Origin: the human T2T-CHM13v2.0 reference genome, Homo sapiens
Length of the DNA stretch: 64,000 nucleotides
Strand: one strand, 5' to 3'
NCBI RefSeq assembly: GCF_009914755.1
Contig: NC_060948.1
Shown here: piece by piece, positions 62,394 through 64,000 of the stretch
Layout: every line of letters starts with the position of its first letter
Numbering within the stretch: position 1 is the first letter of the stretch
Made by a program: the position numbers and the translations under genes
The notes under the pieces: model-generated
The model's database searches: none
What the model saw: the letters and a program-made list of their open reading frames with translations, nothing else
What the model was told of the DNA's origin: nothing

Positions 62394-64000
62394 ATCTGCT
62401 TTGCAGCAAAGTCACCCTTACAAAGAAGCTAATATGGAAACCACATGTAACTTAGCCAGACTATATTGTGTAGCTTCAAGAACTTGCAGTACATTACCAG
62501 CTGTGATTCTCCTGATAATTCAAGGGAGCTCAAAGTCACAAGAAGAAAAATGAAAGGAAAAAACAGCAGCCCTATTCAGAAATTGGTTTGAAGATGTAAT
62601 TGCTCTAGTTTGGATTAAACTCTTCCCCTCCTGCTTTAGTGCCACCCCAAACTGCATTTATAATTTTGTGACTGAGGATCGTTTGTTTGTTAACGTACTG
62701 TGACTTTAACTTTAGACAACTTACTACTTTGATGTCCTGTTGGCTCAGTAATGCTCACGATACCAATTGTTTTGACAAAATAAATTTACTAAACTTGGCC
62801 TAAAATCAAACCTTGGCACAGAGGTATGATACAACTTTAACAGGAGTCATCAATTCATCCATAAATATAAAAAGGGAAAAAAACTTAAGGCAGTAGTCTG
62901 CATTAGGACTGTTTGAGTTTTGCAGACTTGGGGTTGGGAGAACATCTTAAAGCATTAAAGCATAGTTTTTTGTATGGCCAACCTTACTAAATTAAGTTCT
63001 GACTTGCTCACTCTATCCTGGATAGGCACTTGGGAACTTACACTCTTTAAGCCATTCCAGTCATGATGAGGTGGAATGTATCAGTATACCAATTAATATT
63101 TTTGAAAGAGCTCTTTTAGGTTAATTTAAGTACAGCAATTTCTCATGTAATGTTTAGGGAGTTTATTCTAACCTAGGCAAACGGCATGCTATCACAAGAA
63201 AGGTTTAAAGCTTTGATAAAATGGGGGAGATTTAATCAGTTTTTTTAATGCCTGCTATAAAAATTTGAAATATTAGAATGGCCGACCATGGCAGTGACCA
63301 GGCCTCACTACAGGCCTGGTTGGATTCTGGTCTTTAATGCATGCTAGTGTTGATGTTTTTTGGTCAAGAACGGTTTAAACAGGAAGGATTGTGCAGCAGG
63401 CTTTAATTTAATGTAGATTCATACTGCTCTGTTAAAGCTGCATTGAAATGTTAAAATGGCTTACACTTGCAGACTTTGCAAATCTTAAGACTAACAAATC
63501 CTTGAAATCACACAGCTTGCAAATACGTACTAAACTGCACAAGGTGTGTGTTCTATATGTGCAGTTTTAGCGTATTTTAGTTGCATAGGTTTCCATGGTA
63601 TTTATAGTCTCTTGTGCTAAATTTGGCCAAAGATGATTGTCCACCACTAAAAATGCCTCTCCCACTTGGAATTCTGTACTGATTTTGTGGCCAGATGCAA
63701 TGATCTTTAAAAACAAATCTTTTCAATGGCATAAGAAGTTGACAAAAATTTCTTAAAGTGCAATAGATTTTCAAGTGTATTGTGCCTTGTTCTAAAACTT
63801 TTAAGTAGGTGCACTTGACAGTATTGAGGTCATTTGTTAAGGTGCTATTTCAATTAGTGTAGGTTTAGACTCTTGTACATTTCTCCCATAACTTTTTACA
63901 AAGTATTTTGTTGCACATTCAGAGAATTTTATATATATATGTCTTGTGTGGGTGTCCTCGACCTTCCAATCTTATTTCGTCTCTTGGAGATTGTTGAATG
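62394..64000 (+). other. DDX3Y: DDX3Y 3'UTR (continues past window) with proximal polyA signals
   Basis: Repeat-free sequence; ATTAAA 62614, AATAAA 62779, ATTAAA 62954. Confidence 0.8.

Overview
Human Y chromosome, AZFa region, + strand. The window holds the last four coding exons and 3'UTR of USP9Y (614-3690, polyA signal ~5097) and a ~43 kb repeat-dominated intergenic block. That block contains an ERVL internal remnant, MER4/MLT2/MLT1/MST LTRs, a full-length SVA with target-site duplication (TSD), L1 fragments, a deleted ERV1 provirus with its 3' LTR, many Alus, and the Y-STRs DYS441 and DYS495. It is followed by the MSY2 minisatellite, an upstream non-coding exon and a CpG-island promoter, then the complete 17-exon DDX3Y gene. 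The DDX3Y exons join into 1983 nt (660 aa plus stop) with all introns GT-AG. I found no new protein-coding system. The most interesting unexplained structures are: a 73-bp element duplicated between the last USP9Y intron and its 3'UTR; candidate poison exons in DDX3Y introns 1 and 3; a relic of the USP9X alternative donor extension; a ~310-bp Alu-plus-flank segment copied 20 kb into another Alu; and several template-switch-like hairpins. Repeat subfamily calls, repeat boundaries and marker names come from memory and are approximate.
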